DNA of 64,000 nucleotides, taken from NCBI GenBank assembly GCA_944390865.1, contig CALXRC010000003.1:52037-116036 (forward strand). The letters run 5' to 3'. This DNA comes from an uncultured Spirochaetales bacterium. GTDB taxonomy: Bacteria; Spirochaetota; Spirochaetia; Sphaerochaetales; Sphaerochaetaceae. Of this stretch, positions 38,007 to 47,463 are shown in pieces (the stretch's first letter is position 1; every line of letters begins with the position of its first letter). A program made the translations under genes and the position numbers. The notes beneath the pieces were generated by a model. It had not been told where the DNA came from and searched no databases. It was given only the letters and a program-made list of their open reading frames with translations.

Positions 38007-39206
38007 ATGGATATAAGGCGTATGAGTCTCTGGGAAAGCAGGAACGCGACCTTCATGAGCAACAATCTGATAAGGGCTGTTGTCGAGGATCAGGGCGAGG
38101 TGGCTGTCGAGCTTTCAGCCAGAGCAGTGCAGGGCGGCTTTGTCAATGCGCTCAACCTGCCTTATTTCAGAGGCCGCGGGCTTGGCGTCGAGTCTGACCC
38201 GAACGCTGACTGGTGGAAAAGCAAGATGAGCTTCTATCAGGCCGGAGGCATTTACCTCACATTCCCCTCGCGCAACGAGAACGACATCCTTGTCAGCAAT
38301 ACGTCCTGGATGGTGCGCCGCTATGGCTCTGACGGACAGAGCGGGGCCCTCTGGCGCCTGAGCCAGATGAAGAGCCGGCAGGAGCACAACCGCTACCGGG
38401 CAACCAAGGTGGACATGATCCTTCCGGGGCAGAGCGTGCTGTACTCGCTGGTGAGAATAACGAACAGCGATGAGGAAGTGCTCAGCTATAACGCAGAGAT
38501 ACATGCCATGCTGACCCCGCCGTTTCTTGAATCAGGCTGCTTTGTCAACACAAGTCCGGCAAGTTTCACTGCCTTTCCTCCGAATTTCAGGGAAGTGGCC
38601 TTCAACAGGCTTAAAAGCGGGGTGATGTTCACTGATCTCAGGCATGCCCCTTCAATCAGGGGAGGCAGCGTTGACGCTTCATACATCCCCGGGCCCACAG
38701 GCTCCTATGATTACCTTGTAGGCCAGGTCAACGACAATGAGGAACTGGGCTGGATCAGCGTGATCAATCCTCGCCTCCAGATGGTTTTCCTCTCTCTTTT
38801 TCCCGCTGCTGCGGGCAGCCTTGACAGCACTGTGATGAAGTCGCAGGTTTTTGACCTTTCGTTCAATCTTCTGGGACGCATGGACAGTCCGTGGGCGCTG
38901 TATGAGGGCGGAACCTCTCAGGTCTTCAGCCTCACTGCAGGCCATGGCATCATCGACCATCACGGCAGCCTGAAGGCCCCGTCTTCAGCCCAGCTGCTTC
39001 CCGGGCAGACGATAGATCTTGTCTATGCCCACGCCTTCCTCAGCTACGATAATCCAAGAATCTCAAACGGCTTTTTCACAATGGAGAAAGAGGACAGGGC
39101 CCTTGTCCTGAAGCGCACTAAAAGCTACTGCCTCATTCCCTGCGACTACAAGTTCACGACAATCAGGGAACTTGCGGACAGGCTCATAGAGAATGCCCAG
39201 GACTGA
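38007..39206 (+). CDS. hypothetical protein, possibly a galactose-mutarotase-like beta-sandwich
   Basis: 400-aa beta-rich ORF (LYSLVRITN, H..L.PPFL, LLPGQT), divergent from the GH36-like gene. The fold is an inference. Confidence 0.6.
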   Translation: MDIRRMSLWESRNATFMSNNLIRAVVEDQGEVAVELSARAVQGGFVNALNLPYFRGRGLGVESDPNADWWKSKMSFYQAGGIYLTFPSRNENDILVSNTSWMVRRYGSDGQSGALWRLSQMKSRQEHNRYRATKVDMILPGQSVLYSLVRITNSDEEVLSYNAEIHAMLTPPFLESGCFVNTSPASFTAFPPNFREVAFNRLKSGVMFTDLRHAPSIRGGSVDASYIPGPTGSYDYLVGQVNDNEELGWISVINPRLQMVFLSLFPAAAGSLDSTVMKSQVFDLSFNLLGRMDSPWALYEGGTSQVFSLTAGHGIIDHHGSLKAPSSAQLLPGQTIDLVYAHAFLSYDNPRISNGFFTMEKEDRALVLKRTKSYCLIPCDYKFTTIRELADRLIENAQD

Positions 39207-39225
39207 TCTTTTTTTCTGACTGTCC

Positions 39226-39828
39226 TCAGTAGACGAGGATGTGCGACACATAGTGCGGGATCGAGATATAAGGTATTGCTCCGAAGTCAAAAGTGACTGC
39301 GACAAAGGGCGTGATGCCTGCGCCTGCATAATCTGAATCAACTGCGAAGTGTCCGTAAACGGCTGCTCCCAGATCGAGGCTGAGCGCGGAAAAGCCTGTC
39401 GGAGACAGTCTCACCGATGCTGCGGCTCCGGGGCCCATGGTGACAATGCTGTCCGCATCTCCCGCTGTGTCAAGTATGCTGACTGTCAGGCCGGCCAGCA
39501 CGTCAAGCGCGATGTTTCTGCTGAAGCGGTACATCACTTCAAAGCCGCAGAGTATGTCCATGGAAAAACCGCTGCCGCTTCCGATGCCGAACTCAAAATC
39601 CGCCCTTGTGCCGAAGCCGAGGGCAAAGCTGCCGTCATCGCTGTTTGACAGCACGCCTGACTGCATTGTCAGCGGAATTGACTGCCGGCTGTCATTTTCA
39701 GAAGCAAAACGCGCGTTGTATCCTGAACCTATGGACACATAGCTGTAAACAGGACTGACAGACTGGCTGTCCGCGAAAAGCGGAAGGACAAGGAAAAACA
39801 TGACAAGAACTGTGCAAATTTTCTTCAT
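39226..39828 (-). CDS. exported protein, probable small outer-membrane beta-barrel
   Basis: Signal peptide ending LFA and alternating hydrophobic strands with G/F/Y. Confidence 0.6.
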   Translation of the reverse strand: MKKICTVLVMFFLVLPLFADSQSVSPVYSYVSIGSGYNARFASENDSRQSIPLTMQSGVLSNSDDGSFALGFGTRADFEFGIGSGSGFSMDILCGFEVMYRFSRNIALDVLAGLTVSILDTAGDADSIVTMGPGAAASVRLSPTGFSALSLDLGAAVYGHFAVDSDYAGAGITPFVAVTFDFGAIPYISIPHYVSHILVY

Positions 39829-39932
39829 GCCTGCATTATAGCACTAACTGCACCAGAGAACAGTATCAGGCAGGCTTTCTTTACCCCCTCTTGAACAACA
39901 AAGTGAAATTTGCTATGGTTTTGACTTGTTAT

Positions 39933-40006
39933 GGTGTCGTACCCAAGTGGCCTAAGGGAACGGTCTGCAAAACCGTCTTTCATCGGTTCGAATCCGATCG
40001 ACACCT
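39933..40006 (+). tRNA. tRNA-Cys(GCA)
   Basis: GGTGTCG/CGACACC acceptor stem, ACGGT-CTGCAAA-ACCGT anticodon arm, TTCGAATC T-loop, U73; CCA not encoded. Confidence 0.95.
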
Positions 40007-40009
40007 TTG

Positions 40010-40037
40010 GGCACAGGAAAAGTCCTGTGCCTTTTTA
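40010..40037 (+). terminator. terminator after tRNA-Cys
   Basis: GGCACAGGA-AAAG-TCCTGTGCC followed by TTTTT. Confidence 0.8.
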
Positions 40038-40054
40038 TTGCCGGATCATAGCAG

Positions 40055-41263
40055 ATGTTTACTCGTTATAAGACAGATGAGAAGGGCAGGATGAGCGTTG
40101 TCGCTCATGTCTATACTTCTCGTGAACACAACATTCATACAAGCCAGATCGACCGTGACTGCCTGTGGGCAGTGAGCCGGCTGTGGCACAAGGGATACAA
40201 GGCCTACATCGTAGGAGGTGCTGTGAGGGATCTCCTTCTTGGAAAGAGGCCGAAGGATTTCGACATAGCCACCAGCGCCAGCCCCAGACAGGTTCAGGCT
40301 GTCTTCTGGAACAGCCGTCCTGTGGGAAAGCGCTTCAGGATCGTCCATCTCTATTTTGCCGGCAGCAAAGTGATCGAAGTGACGACTTTCCGCTCTGATG
40401 AAGAGAATTTCGAGGGCGGCAACACCAACATTTTCGGAACTATTGAGCAGGATTCCAGGCGCAGGGACTTTTCCATCAATGCGCTTTACTACAATCCCCT
40501 TGACGGTCATCTGATTGACTTCAACGATTCAATGAAGGATATCAGGAAGCGCCGCATAAGGAGTCTCATTCCTCTTTCATATTCATTCAGCGAGGATCCT
40601 GTGCGCATGATCAGGGCCGTGAAGTACTGCTGCACGACAGGCTTCAGGCTGAAAGGAGATGTCAGGAGGGCTGTGAAGAAGAACTCCCAGCTCATCCAGA
40701 AGGTCTCTGTCTCAAGGCTCACTGATGAGGTGACGAAGATCCTCAACTCCGGCTTCAGCCATGATATTTTCCTCATGCTGCACAAGTACCGGCTGCTTGG
40801 CTTCATGATGCCGACTCTTGACGTGTATATGAAGTACTCAGCATTCATTGACTCACTCCAGCAGCTGGATGAGAGCGTGAGGAAAGCCCGCAGCGAAGGG
40901 GAGGACATTCCGCTGAGCGACATGCTGTGCATTCTCGCCGGTCCTGTGATTGTCATTGACAGGCCAGAGATGAAGGCAGAGGAGCTGGCGAAGGAGCTTT
41001 TCAGGGAAATCAAGGTGCTCATCGCTCCGATGACTCCTCCAAATTATGAGATAAACAGGGCTGTCGACCGCCTCCTTGCCCAGCACGGCTACAAGAAGCG
41101 TCCTGCAGAAGCAAGGAAAAGCGCACGCAGGCATGCTTCTGCGGCAGCAGATCCTGCAGCCAGGACCGGATCACGCAGGAGAAAAAGGAACATTCAGGGC
41201 GCGAGAAAGAAGCAGCCTGTCTCCTCCAGCCCCGCAAGCAGCGCAGAGGCGCATGATCTCTAG
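40055..41263 (+). CDS. pcnB: poly(A) polymerase I
   Basis: VGGAVRDLLL..PKDFDIAT, PAP-specific signature VGKRFRIVHL, RRDFSINAL, EDPVRMIRA. Confidence 0.85.
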   Translation: MFTRYKTDEKGRMSVVAHVYTSREHNIHTSQIDRDCLWAVSRLWHKGYKAYIVGGAVRDLLLGKRPKDFDIATSASPRQVQAVFWNSRPVGKRFRIVHLYFAGSKVIEVTTFRSDEENFEGGNTNIFGTIEQDSRRRDFSINALYYNPLDGHLIDFNDSMKDIRKRRIRSLIPLSYSFSEDPVRMIRAVKYCCTTGFRLKGDVRRAVKKNSQLIQKVSVSRLTDEVTKILNSGFSHDIFLMLHKYRLLGFMMPTLDVYMKYSAFIDSLQQLDESVRKARSEGEDIPLSDMLCILAGPVIVIDRPEMKAEELAKELFREIKVLIAPMTPPNYEINRAVDRLLAQHGYKKRPAEARKSARRHASAAADPAARTGSRRRKRNIQGARKKQPVSSSPASSAEAHDL

Positions 41264-42117
41264 CCCCATTCCTCGATTTCGATGGACACCTGATGAACCA
41301 GAATGCCTCCATATTTCTCGATGCAGTCTGCGATGTATTCCTGCAGCTCGCTCATTGTCTGGCCGATGTAATGCCTGAGCGGGACCTGCAGCGTCACTGA
41401 GATGTCGTATTCATTGTTCTTGACAGCAGTGGTCCTGACTCTTTTCACCTTGATGACCTTGTCGTATTCATCAATGCAGTGCCTGACCATCTGGATCAGA
41501 GTGGTCTCGCTTATGCTCTCTTTGTCAGGACGGCTGAATTCAGGGCGGACAATGGTTTTCTCAAAGCTCTGCTTTTTCTGAAAAGGCTTTTTCTTTCCGA
41601 AGAAGACCTTCATGCTGTCATACACGATCTGAGGATAGTTGCGCGTTATCTCGATGGAAGGCACGGGAATGACATGCTTTCCCTCTGTATAGCGTATGCG
41701 CATCGCAGTCTCGATCTCCTCCTGGCTTGCCACTTCCTCAATGTGGAACACCTTGCTGACCGGAGGGAGATTGAGCTTTGCCGCAATCTTGTTGACCATC
41801 TTCTCGCTGGTGCCGATTATCAGGATTTTCTTGTACTTCTCCTTCAGCAGGGCCTCCTCAACCTCCTGCCTGTGCCTTTCATCATCGAAGACAGCGGTCT
41901 TCACGGCTACGAGGAAGTTGGGATCTCTTTTTGCTGAATGTCCGGCAAGGATCTTGTCGCCCTTGATGAGCAGTCCGTCATCAATGATGAGATCGATATG
42001 GTGCTTCTGGGCGACGAGCTTGCTGTGATGGCTCTTGCCTGTGCCGGAGCGGCCTACCAGTGCGTAGACTTTGACTCCGTTTAAGTGAGAAAAGGCGAAC
42101 TTGAATATGCGGTTCAT
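41260..42117 (-). CDS. conserved P-loop protein with Asp23/Gls24-like C-terminus
   Basis: GRSGTGKS, IIDDGLLI..ILAGHSAK, GKHVIPVP, IVRPEFS. Start ATG 42117. Confidence 0.7.
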   Translation of the reverse strand: MNRIFKFAFSHLNGVKVYALVGRSGTGKSHHSKLVAQKHHIDLIIDDGLLIKGDKILAGHSAKRDPNFLVAVKTAVFDDERHRQEVEEALLKEKYKKILIIGTSEKMVNKIAAKLNLPPVSKVFHIEEVASQEEIETAMRIRYTEGKHVIPVPSIEITRNYPQIVYDSMKVFFGKKKPFQKKQSFEKTIVRPEFSRPDKESISETTLIQMVRHCIDEYDKVIKVKRVRTTAVKNNEYDISVTLQVPLRHYIGQTMSELQEYIADCIEKYGGILVHQVSIEIEEWG

Positions 42118-42195
42118 TAATGATTGATTATAATCACTCGCACTGAGCATCTCAAGGTCTTGCCCGGATGCGGGCCAGGAGGTAAGATTCCCATT

Positions 42196-42387
42196 ATGCT
42201 GAAATATATTTATGCGACGATAATCACTGCAGTTGTCTCTGGCATACTCATTGCCTGTTTTCCCGGTCCTATGAGCGTTGAGGGCGTGACAGTCGTCAAA
42301 GTGCTTTACTGGGTGATTATCGTGATGGTCTGGGCCAGCCTTGTCGGATATTTCTCCAGAAAGGAAAAGAAAAAAAGAGATCTTTAG
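42196..42387 (+). CDS. small two-TM membrane protein (63 aa)
   Basis: AGGAGGT RBS, two hydrophobic helices and a basic tail. Confidence 0.6.
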   Translation: MLKYIYATIITAVVSGILIACFPGPMSVEGVTVVKVLYWVIIVMVWASLVGYFSRKEKKKRDL

Positions 42388-42484
42388 GACGGAATAATCC
42401 AAAATACTTTTGTTGTGTTTTGAACAACAGTTGATGTATCATAGGCATAACTAACGTGTAATCACTTAAAAAGGAGTAGCACAG

Positions 42485-43792
42485 ATGTTACGAATGTCCA
42501 CCTTTACCCGTGGTGGTGTTCATCCCCAGGACAAGAAGGAACTGTCCAAGGGCAGGGCAATTGAGGCCCTTCCTCTTCCTTCTGTGCTTGTCGTTCCCAT
42601 GTCTCAGCACCTAGGTGCTCCCGCAAAGCTCATCAAGGCCAAGGGGGATGCTGTCGTAAAAGGCGAGAAGATAGGGCAGGCGGCAGGCTTTGTCAGTGCC
42701 GATGTTCACTCTCCTGCTTCAGGTATCATAACAGATGTAGTGCAGGTACGTCTGGCAAACGGTGCTGTCTGCGAGGCAGCCGTAATCAAGACTGATGAAA
42801 TCCAGCCGGAGCTGTTTACGAAGCGCTATGACTGGAAGAGCGAGTCACCATCTGACCTGCTTGCCGTCATCCGCGATATGGGAATCGTCGGAATGGGCGG
42901 TGCGACCTTTCCTGCCCATGTGAAGCTTGCTGTCCCCGAAGGAAAGAAGGCAGAGGTGCTGGTGATCAATGCCGTTGAATGCGAGCCTTATCTGACAAGT
43001 GACTACCGCTCTGTGCTTGAGCGCTGCGATGAGACGCTTGAGGGAATCATGATTCTCAGGCATATTCTGTCAGCTCCGCGCGTTGTCATCGGAATTGAAG
43101 CCAACAAAATGGATGCGGCCCGGCTGCTGGAAGAGCACATAGCCCGTCTGTCCCTTCCTGTCGAAGTCCAGCCGCTGAAAATGAAATATCCTCAGGGCGA
43201 CGAGAAGCAGCTTCTAAAGGCCGTGACTGGAAAGGAGGTTCCCTCAGGAGGCCTGCCCATTGACATCGGGGCTGTTGTCTGCAATATCGGAACGGTTTAT
43301 GCCGTCTATGAGGCGGCCGTTTTCCGCAAGCCTCTGATAGAACGCATCGTTACGGTCTCCGGAGAGGCTGTCAGAGAGCCTAAGAACTTGCTGGTTCCTG
43401 TCGGTGCCCGCACCTGCGATCTCATTGCCTTCTGCGGCGGATACAGCACGGATGAGCCGGACAAGCTCATCTCCGGCGGTCCGATGATGGGCTTTGCCTT
43501 TGCAGATGAGGAGACTCCGGTGACAAAGGGGACAAGCGGAATTCTGGCTCTCATGGCTGAAGCGCCTGATCAGGGCGTCTGTGTCTCCTGCGGAAAATGT
43601 GTCGCCCACTGTCCGATGGGCCTTATGCCGAACAGAATGTTCAGGAACATCAAGTACGGCCGCTATCAGGAAGCGATGGATCTCGGGCTCATGGACTGCA
43701 AGGAGTGCGGCTGCTGCGCATTCATCTGTCCTGCGCATCTGCCTCTTGTCCAGGGCTTTAAGCTTGGCAAGAAGATGGGAAGGAGGAAGTGA
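42485..43792 (+). CDS. rnfC: Rnf complex subunit C
   Basis: GGVHP, GMGGATFP, NAVECEPY, YPQGDEK, two 4Fe-4S motifs. Confidence 0.95.
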   Translation: MLRMSTFTRGGVHPQDKKELSKGRAIEALPLPSVLVVPMSQHLGAPAKLIKAKGDAVVKGEKIGQAAGFVSADVHSPASGIITDVVQVRLANGAVCEAAVIKTDEIQPELFTKRYDWKSESPSDLLAVIRDMGIVGMGGATFPAHVKLAVPEGKKAEVLVINAVECEPYLTSDYRSVLERCDETLEGIMILRHILSAPRVVIGIEANKMDAARLLEEHIARLSLPVEVQPLKMKYPQGDEKQLLKAVTGKEVPSGGLPIDIGAVVCNIGTVYAVYEAAVFRKPLIERIVTVSGEAVREPKNLLVPVGARTCDLIAFCGGYSTDEPDKLISGGPMMGFAFADEETPVTKGTSGILALMAEAPDQGVCVSCGKCVAHCPMGLMPNRMFRNIKYGRYQEAMDLGLMDCKECGCCAFICPAHLPLVQGFKLGKKMGRRK

Positions 43793-43793
43793 T

Positions 43794-44858
43794 ATGAAAA
43801 GAATAAGCGCAAGCCCGCATGTCCACAGTTCAATGGATATCAGAAAGAGCATGCTCTTTGTCATCATCGCCCTTGTTCCATCATGCCTGTGGGGAATTTA
43901 CGCCTTCGGCCTCAGGGCTCTCATTGTGCTTGCCGTCTCAACAGTCTCGGCAGTGCTGTGCGAGTATCTTCTGGGCCTCATTGACAGAAAGAATACAACC
44001 GGGGACCTGTCAGCTGTCGTCACAGGACTGCTGATCGGCATGAACATGCCGCCGCAGATCCCGCTCTACATACCAGTCATTGCCGCATGTTTTGCGATCT
44101 TTGTCGTCAAATGGACTTTCGGAGGTCTGGGCTGCAACTGGATGAATCCCGCCCTGGCCGGAAGGGTTTTCGTCTTCTTCTCCTTCACGACTTCGATGAA
44201 TGCCTTCTCTGCCCCGAGAGCCCTTGCTGCAGACACTCTTGCATCAGCGACTCCGCTTTCAGCTGTCAAGACAGCCATTTCCTCAGGAGTGCAGCATCTT
44301 GATTATGAAGGAGTGCTTTCTTCCCTTGGACACAGCTGCACGCCACTGGCACAGAGCATCGGCTCCGCACTCGGCATTTCTCCTTACACCGTTGATGCCT
44401 TTATCGGCAATGTCGGCGGCTGCATCGGAGAAGTGAGCGCCCTGCTGCTCATTGCCGGAGGAGTGTTCCTTATTGCCTCAAAGGTCATCACCTGGCATAT
44501 TCCTGTTGTCTATCTTGCATCATTCTCCCTGCTTTCCTGGGTTTTCGGAGGAGTCAGGGCAGGTGACGGCCTGTTTGCCGGCGAGGTCCTGATGCCGCTT
44601 TTCACTGGAGGCCTGATGCTCGGAGCCTTCTTCATGGCGACAGACTGGGTGACGACGCCGACAACAAAGAAAGGTGAGGTCATCTTTGCTGCAGGCTGCG
44701 GCTTCTTTACCTTCCTTATCCGCTATTTCGGTTCTCTTGCTGAGGGTGTTTCCCTGGCAATCATCCTGATGAATATTCTCACGCCGACAATCGACCGCTT
44801 TGTCAGACCGAGGAAATTCGGCTATGTAAAACCAGTCAGGGAGGCGAAAAAGAAATGA
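43794..44858 (+). CDS. rnfD: Rnf complex subunit D
   Basis: ASPHV, FGGLG.N.MNPAL.GR, SATPL, FFMATD. Confidence 0.95.
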   Translation: MKRISASPHVHSSMDIRKSMLFVIIALVPSCLWGIYAFGLRALIVLAVSTVSAVLCEYLLGLIDRKNTTGDLSAVVTGLLIGMNMPPQIPLYIPVIAACFAIFVVKWTFGGLGCNWMNPALAGRVFVFFSFTTSMNAFSAPRALAADTLASATPLSAVKTAISSGVQHLDYEGVLSSLGHSCTPLAQSIGSALGISPYTVDAFIGNVGGCIGEVSALLLIAGGVFLIASKVITWHIPVVYLASFSLLSWVFGGVRAGDGLFAGEVLMPLFTGGLMLGAFFMATDWVTTPTTKKGEVIFAAGCGFFTFLIRYFGSLAEGVSLAIILMNILTPTIDRFVRPRKFGYVKPVREAKKK

Positions 44859-45400
44859 AACAGTATCTTAAGGTTGCCTTCATCCTTTTTGCGATCTGTG
44901 CTGTGTCTGCCATTCTTCTGGCTGCCGTCAACCAGATAACCGCTCCCTATATCGAGTACAACACAATGCAGACCACGGCTGCGGCACTGGACGCTGTCAG
45001 CGGCGGCTATACTCAGGGCGAGCATCTTGAAGGAAACGGAGACAACATCAATTACATTGTTCCTCTGTACGACGGAGATGAGCTTGCAGGCTATATCCTG
45101 GAGCTTTCCACCTCCGGCTACGGCGGCGAGATCGTTATGGCTGCCAGCTACCGCCTTGACGGAACTGTCATCTCAAGCAAGGTGATGAGCGACGATGAGA
45201 CTCCGGGACTGGGAAAGAACGCCGAGGAAAGCTGGTACATGGCCATGTTTGAGGGCCTTGGCGGAGAGGGCAGGCCTCTGCCTGAGAGCAAGAATGATCT
45301 GGCTGATCCTTCAGTCGTCTCCGGGGCTTCCGTGACCTTCGCCGGGGTTTCTTCAGCAATAAGAAGCGGAAGCGAATATGTCAAGAGTTTGGGGAGGTGA
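44855..45400 (+). CDS. rnfG: Rnf complex subunit G (FMN-binding)
   Basis: N-terminal TM, GYGGEI, ETPGLG and the flavinylation motif VSGAS(VT). Confidence 0.9.
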   Translation: MKQYLKVAFILFAICAVSAILLAAVNQITAPYIEYNTMQTTAAALDAVSGGYTQGEHLEGNGDNINYIVPLYDGDELAGYILELSTSGYGGEIVMAASYRLDGTVISSKVMSDDETPGLGKNAEESWYMAMFEGLGGEGRPLPESKNDLADPSVVSGASVTFAGVSSAIRSGSEYVKSLGR

Positions 45401-46047
45401 GCACTATGTCGCACATGAAAGAACTTACTAAGGGCATTTTCAGGGAAAACCCCACCTTCATCATCATGCTGGGAATGTGTCCCACCCTTGGAGTCACGAC
45501 TCAGGTTTTCAATGCCTTCGGCATGGGAGCGAGCGTGCTTTTCGTACTGCTGGGAAGCAACATCTTCATCTCCGCGCTGAGAAAGGTCATTCCGGACTCG
45601 ATCCGCATTCCTGCATACATCGTCGTCATCGCATCCTTCGTCACGATTGTGGAAATGGTGCTTCACGCCTTTGTTCCGGCGGTTTTCAACGCACTGGGCG
45701 TCTATCTTCCGCTCATCGTCGTGAACTGCATTATCCTTGGACGCGCTGAGGCCTTCGCAAACAAGAACACAGTCCTTGACAGTGCCCTTGACGCAGTCGG
45801 CATGGGCATAGGCTTCACTCTTGCCCTCAGTCTCATTGCCGCAATCAGGGAGATCATCGGAAACGGAACCATCACGCTGTTCAATCTTTCTGAGACGCAG
45901 CGCTTTGTCATAACAATCCCGGGACTGAGCGAGAGTCCTGTCAGGGTGCTCACGCTGGCCGCAGGCGCACTGCTTGTCATGGGCTATCTGAAGGCCTTCT
46001 TCACCTGGAACAGTGAGCGCAGGGCAGCCAGGGGAGGCAGGGTATGA
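45397..46047 (+). CDS. rnfE: Rnf complex subunit E
   Basis: ENPTF...LGMCPTL and LIVVNCIILGRAE. Confidence 0.95.
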   Translation: MSTMSHMKELTKGIFRENPTFIIMLGMCPTLGVTTQVFNAFGMGASVLFVLLGSNIFISALRKVIPDSIRIPAYIVVIASFVTIVEMVLHAFVPAVFNALGVYLPLIVVNCIILGRAEAFANKNTVLDSALDAVGMGIGFTLALSLIAAIREIIGNGTITLFNLSETQRFVITIPGLSESPVRVLTLAAGALLVMGYLKAFFTWNSERRAARGGRV

Positions 46048-46637
46048 GCTATATCGGAATCATCATCACATACGTTTTCATCCAGAACTTCATTCTGGTC
46101 CAGTTCATGGGCCTGTGCCCTTTCATCGGCGTATCCAAGAACAGCGAGAGCGCGGTCGGCATGGGCATGGCAGTTACCTTTGTCACTGCTGTTGCAAGCG
46201 TTGTCTGCTATGCAGTCTACACCTATCTGCTTGTTCCGTTCGGACTTGAGTATCTGGAGACGATCTCCTTCATCCTCGTCATTGCGGCGCTGGTCCAGAT
46301 GGTTGAGATGGTCATAAGAAAGATGAGTCCCGCCCTTTACAAGGCACTTGGAATCTTCCTTCCGCTGATCACGACAAACTGTGCAGTGCTCGGCATTGCG
46401 ATCATCAACATCGATGAAGGCTACAATATGCTGGAAAGTTTCTTTGCCGGCCTTGCCGCAGGACTGGGCTTCACTCTGGCGATCATTCTCATGAGCAATA
46501 TCCGCGAGAAGCTTGACACGACGCCGGTCAGGAAGGTTTTCCGCGGTGTGCCGATTGCTTTCATCAGCGCAGGTCTGATGGCCCTGGCCTTCATGGGCTT
46601 TGACAGCAGCCTGCTGACCAACCTGCATCTTGTGTAA
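46044..46637 (+). CDS. rnfA: Rnf complex subunit A
   Basis: FMGLCPFIGVS and LPLITTNCAVLG. Confidence 0.95.
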   Translation: MSYIGIIITYVFIQNFILVQFMGLCPFIGVSKNSESAVGMGMAVTFVTAVASVVCYAVYTYLLVPFGLEYLETISFILVIAALVQMVEMVIRKMSPALYKALGIFLPLITTNCAVLGIAIINIDEGYNMLESFFAGLAAGLGFTLAIILMSNIREKLDTTPVRKVFRGVPIAFISAGLMALAFMGFDSSLLTNLHLV

Positions 46638-46650
46638 GGAGGAGAGAGAT

Positions 46651-47460
46651 ATGTTTTCTGCAATACTTGCCGCATTCCTCGTCATAGCAGGCATGGGCCT
46701 TCTCCTTGGACTTGGCCTTGCCGTCGCCGACAAGAAACTCGCTGTCGTCAAGGATGAGAAGCTTGCTGCGCTTGAAGCCGCAATGCCCGGCGCCAACTGC
46801 GGAGGCTGCGGCTTTGCCGGATGCAGCGCCTATGCTGAAGCCGTGTTCAAGGGAGAGGCCGAGATCGGACACTGTGCTCCCGGCGGAAACGAGCTGGCTC
46901 ATAAAATGGGTCAGATCATGGGACGCGAAGTCAGGGATCAGGAGAAGATGGTCGCCTATGTCCACTGCCGCGGCAGCATTGATGCGACCAGGCAGGATTT
47001 TGCCTATTCAGGCATGGAAGACTGCAATGCGGCCTATCTTCTTCAGGCCGGTCCAAATGCATGCAAGGAAGGCTGCCTGCACCTTGGCAGCTGCATGAAG
47101 GTCTGTCCGGCAGGCGCGATCAGAAGAGATGAGAAGGGCTTCATAACTGTTGACCCTGCTGTCTGCATCGGCTGTGCAAAGTGCACCACAGTCTGTCCGA
47201 CCGGCGTGATAAGAATGATTCCGGCAGATGCGGAATATGTTGTTGCATGCAGCAACCATGAACCAGGCGGAAAGGTCAGGAAAATCTGTTCTGCCGGCTG
47301 CATCGGATGCAGAATCTGCCAGACGAAGTTCCCTGCTTCCGGCTGCAGCGTCACATCTTTCCTGTCCTCTGTTGATTATGCTGCATCAGATCCGGGTGCG
47401 CTTGCCGCTGCTGCTGAGGCCTGTCCTCAGAAATGCATTGTCTCCCGCCAGGAGGCCTAG
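46651..47460 (+). CDS. rnfB: Rnf complex subunit B (polyferredoxin)
   Basis: PGANCGGCGFAGC and several CxxCxxCxxxCP motifs; GGAGG RBS. Confidence 0.93.
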   Translation: MFSAILAAFLVIAGMGLLLGLGLAVADKKLAVVKDEKLAALEAAMPGANCGGCGFAGCSAYAEAVFKGEAEIGHCAPGGNELAHKMGQIMGREVRDQEKMVAYVHCRGSIDATRQDFAYSGMEDCNAAYLLQAGPNACKEGCLHLGSCMKVCPAGAIRRDEKGFITVDPAVCIGCAKCTTVCPTGVIRMIPADAEYVVACSNHEPGGKVRKICSAGCIGCRICQTKFPASGCSVTSFLSSVDYAASDPGALAAAAEACPQKCIVSRQEA

Positions 47461-47463
47461 CAA

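Noticed and set aside
39933-40040. tRNA-anchored genomic island at tRNA-Cys or tRNA-Leu
   Set aside because: No duplicated tRNA 3' end or integrase seen; flanking genes are housekeeping.
40055-41263. CCA-adding enzyme (suggested by the adjacent CCA-less tRNA)
   Set aside because: Carries the poly(A)-polymerase-specific VGKRFRIVHL signature.
41260-42402. N-terminal extensions in the ORF track (also LacI, phoU, thrH, metK, PHP, GH36, rnfD)
   Set aside because: Extensions overlap neighbouring genes or promoters; downstream starts fit RBS/promoter signals and family N-termini.
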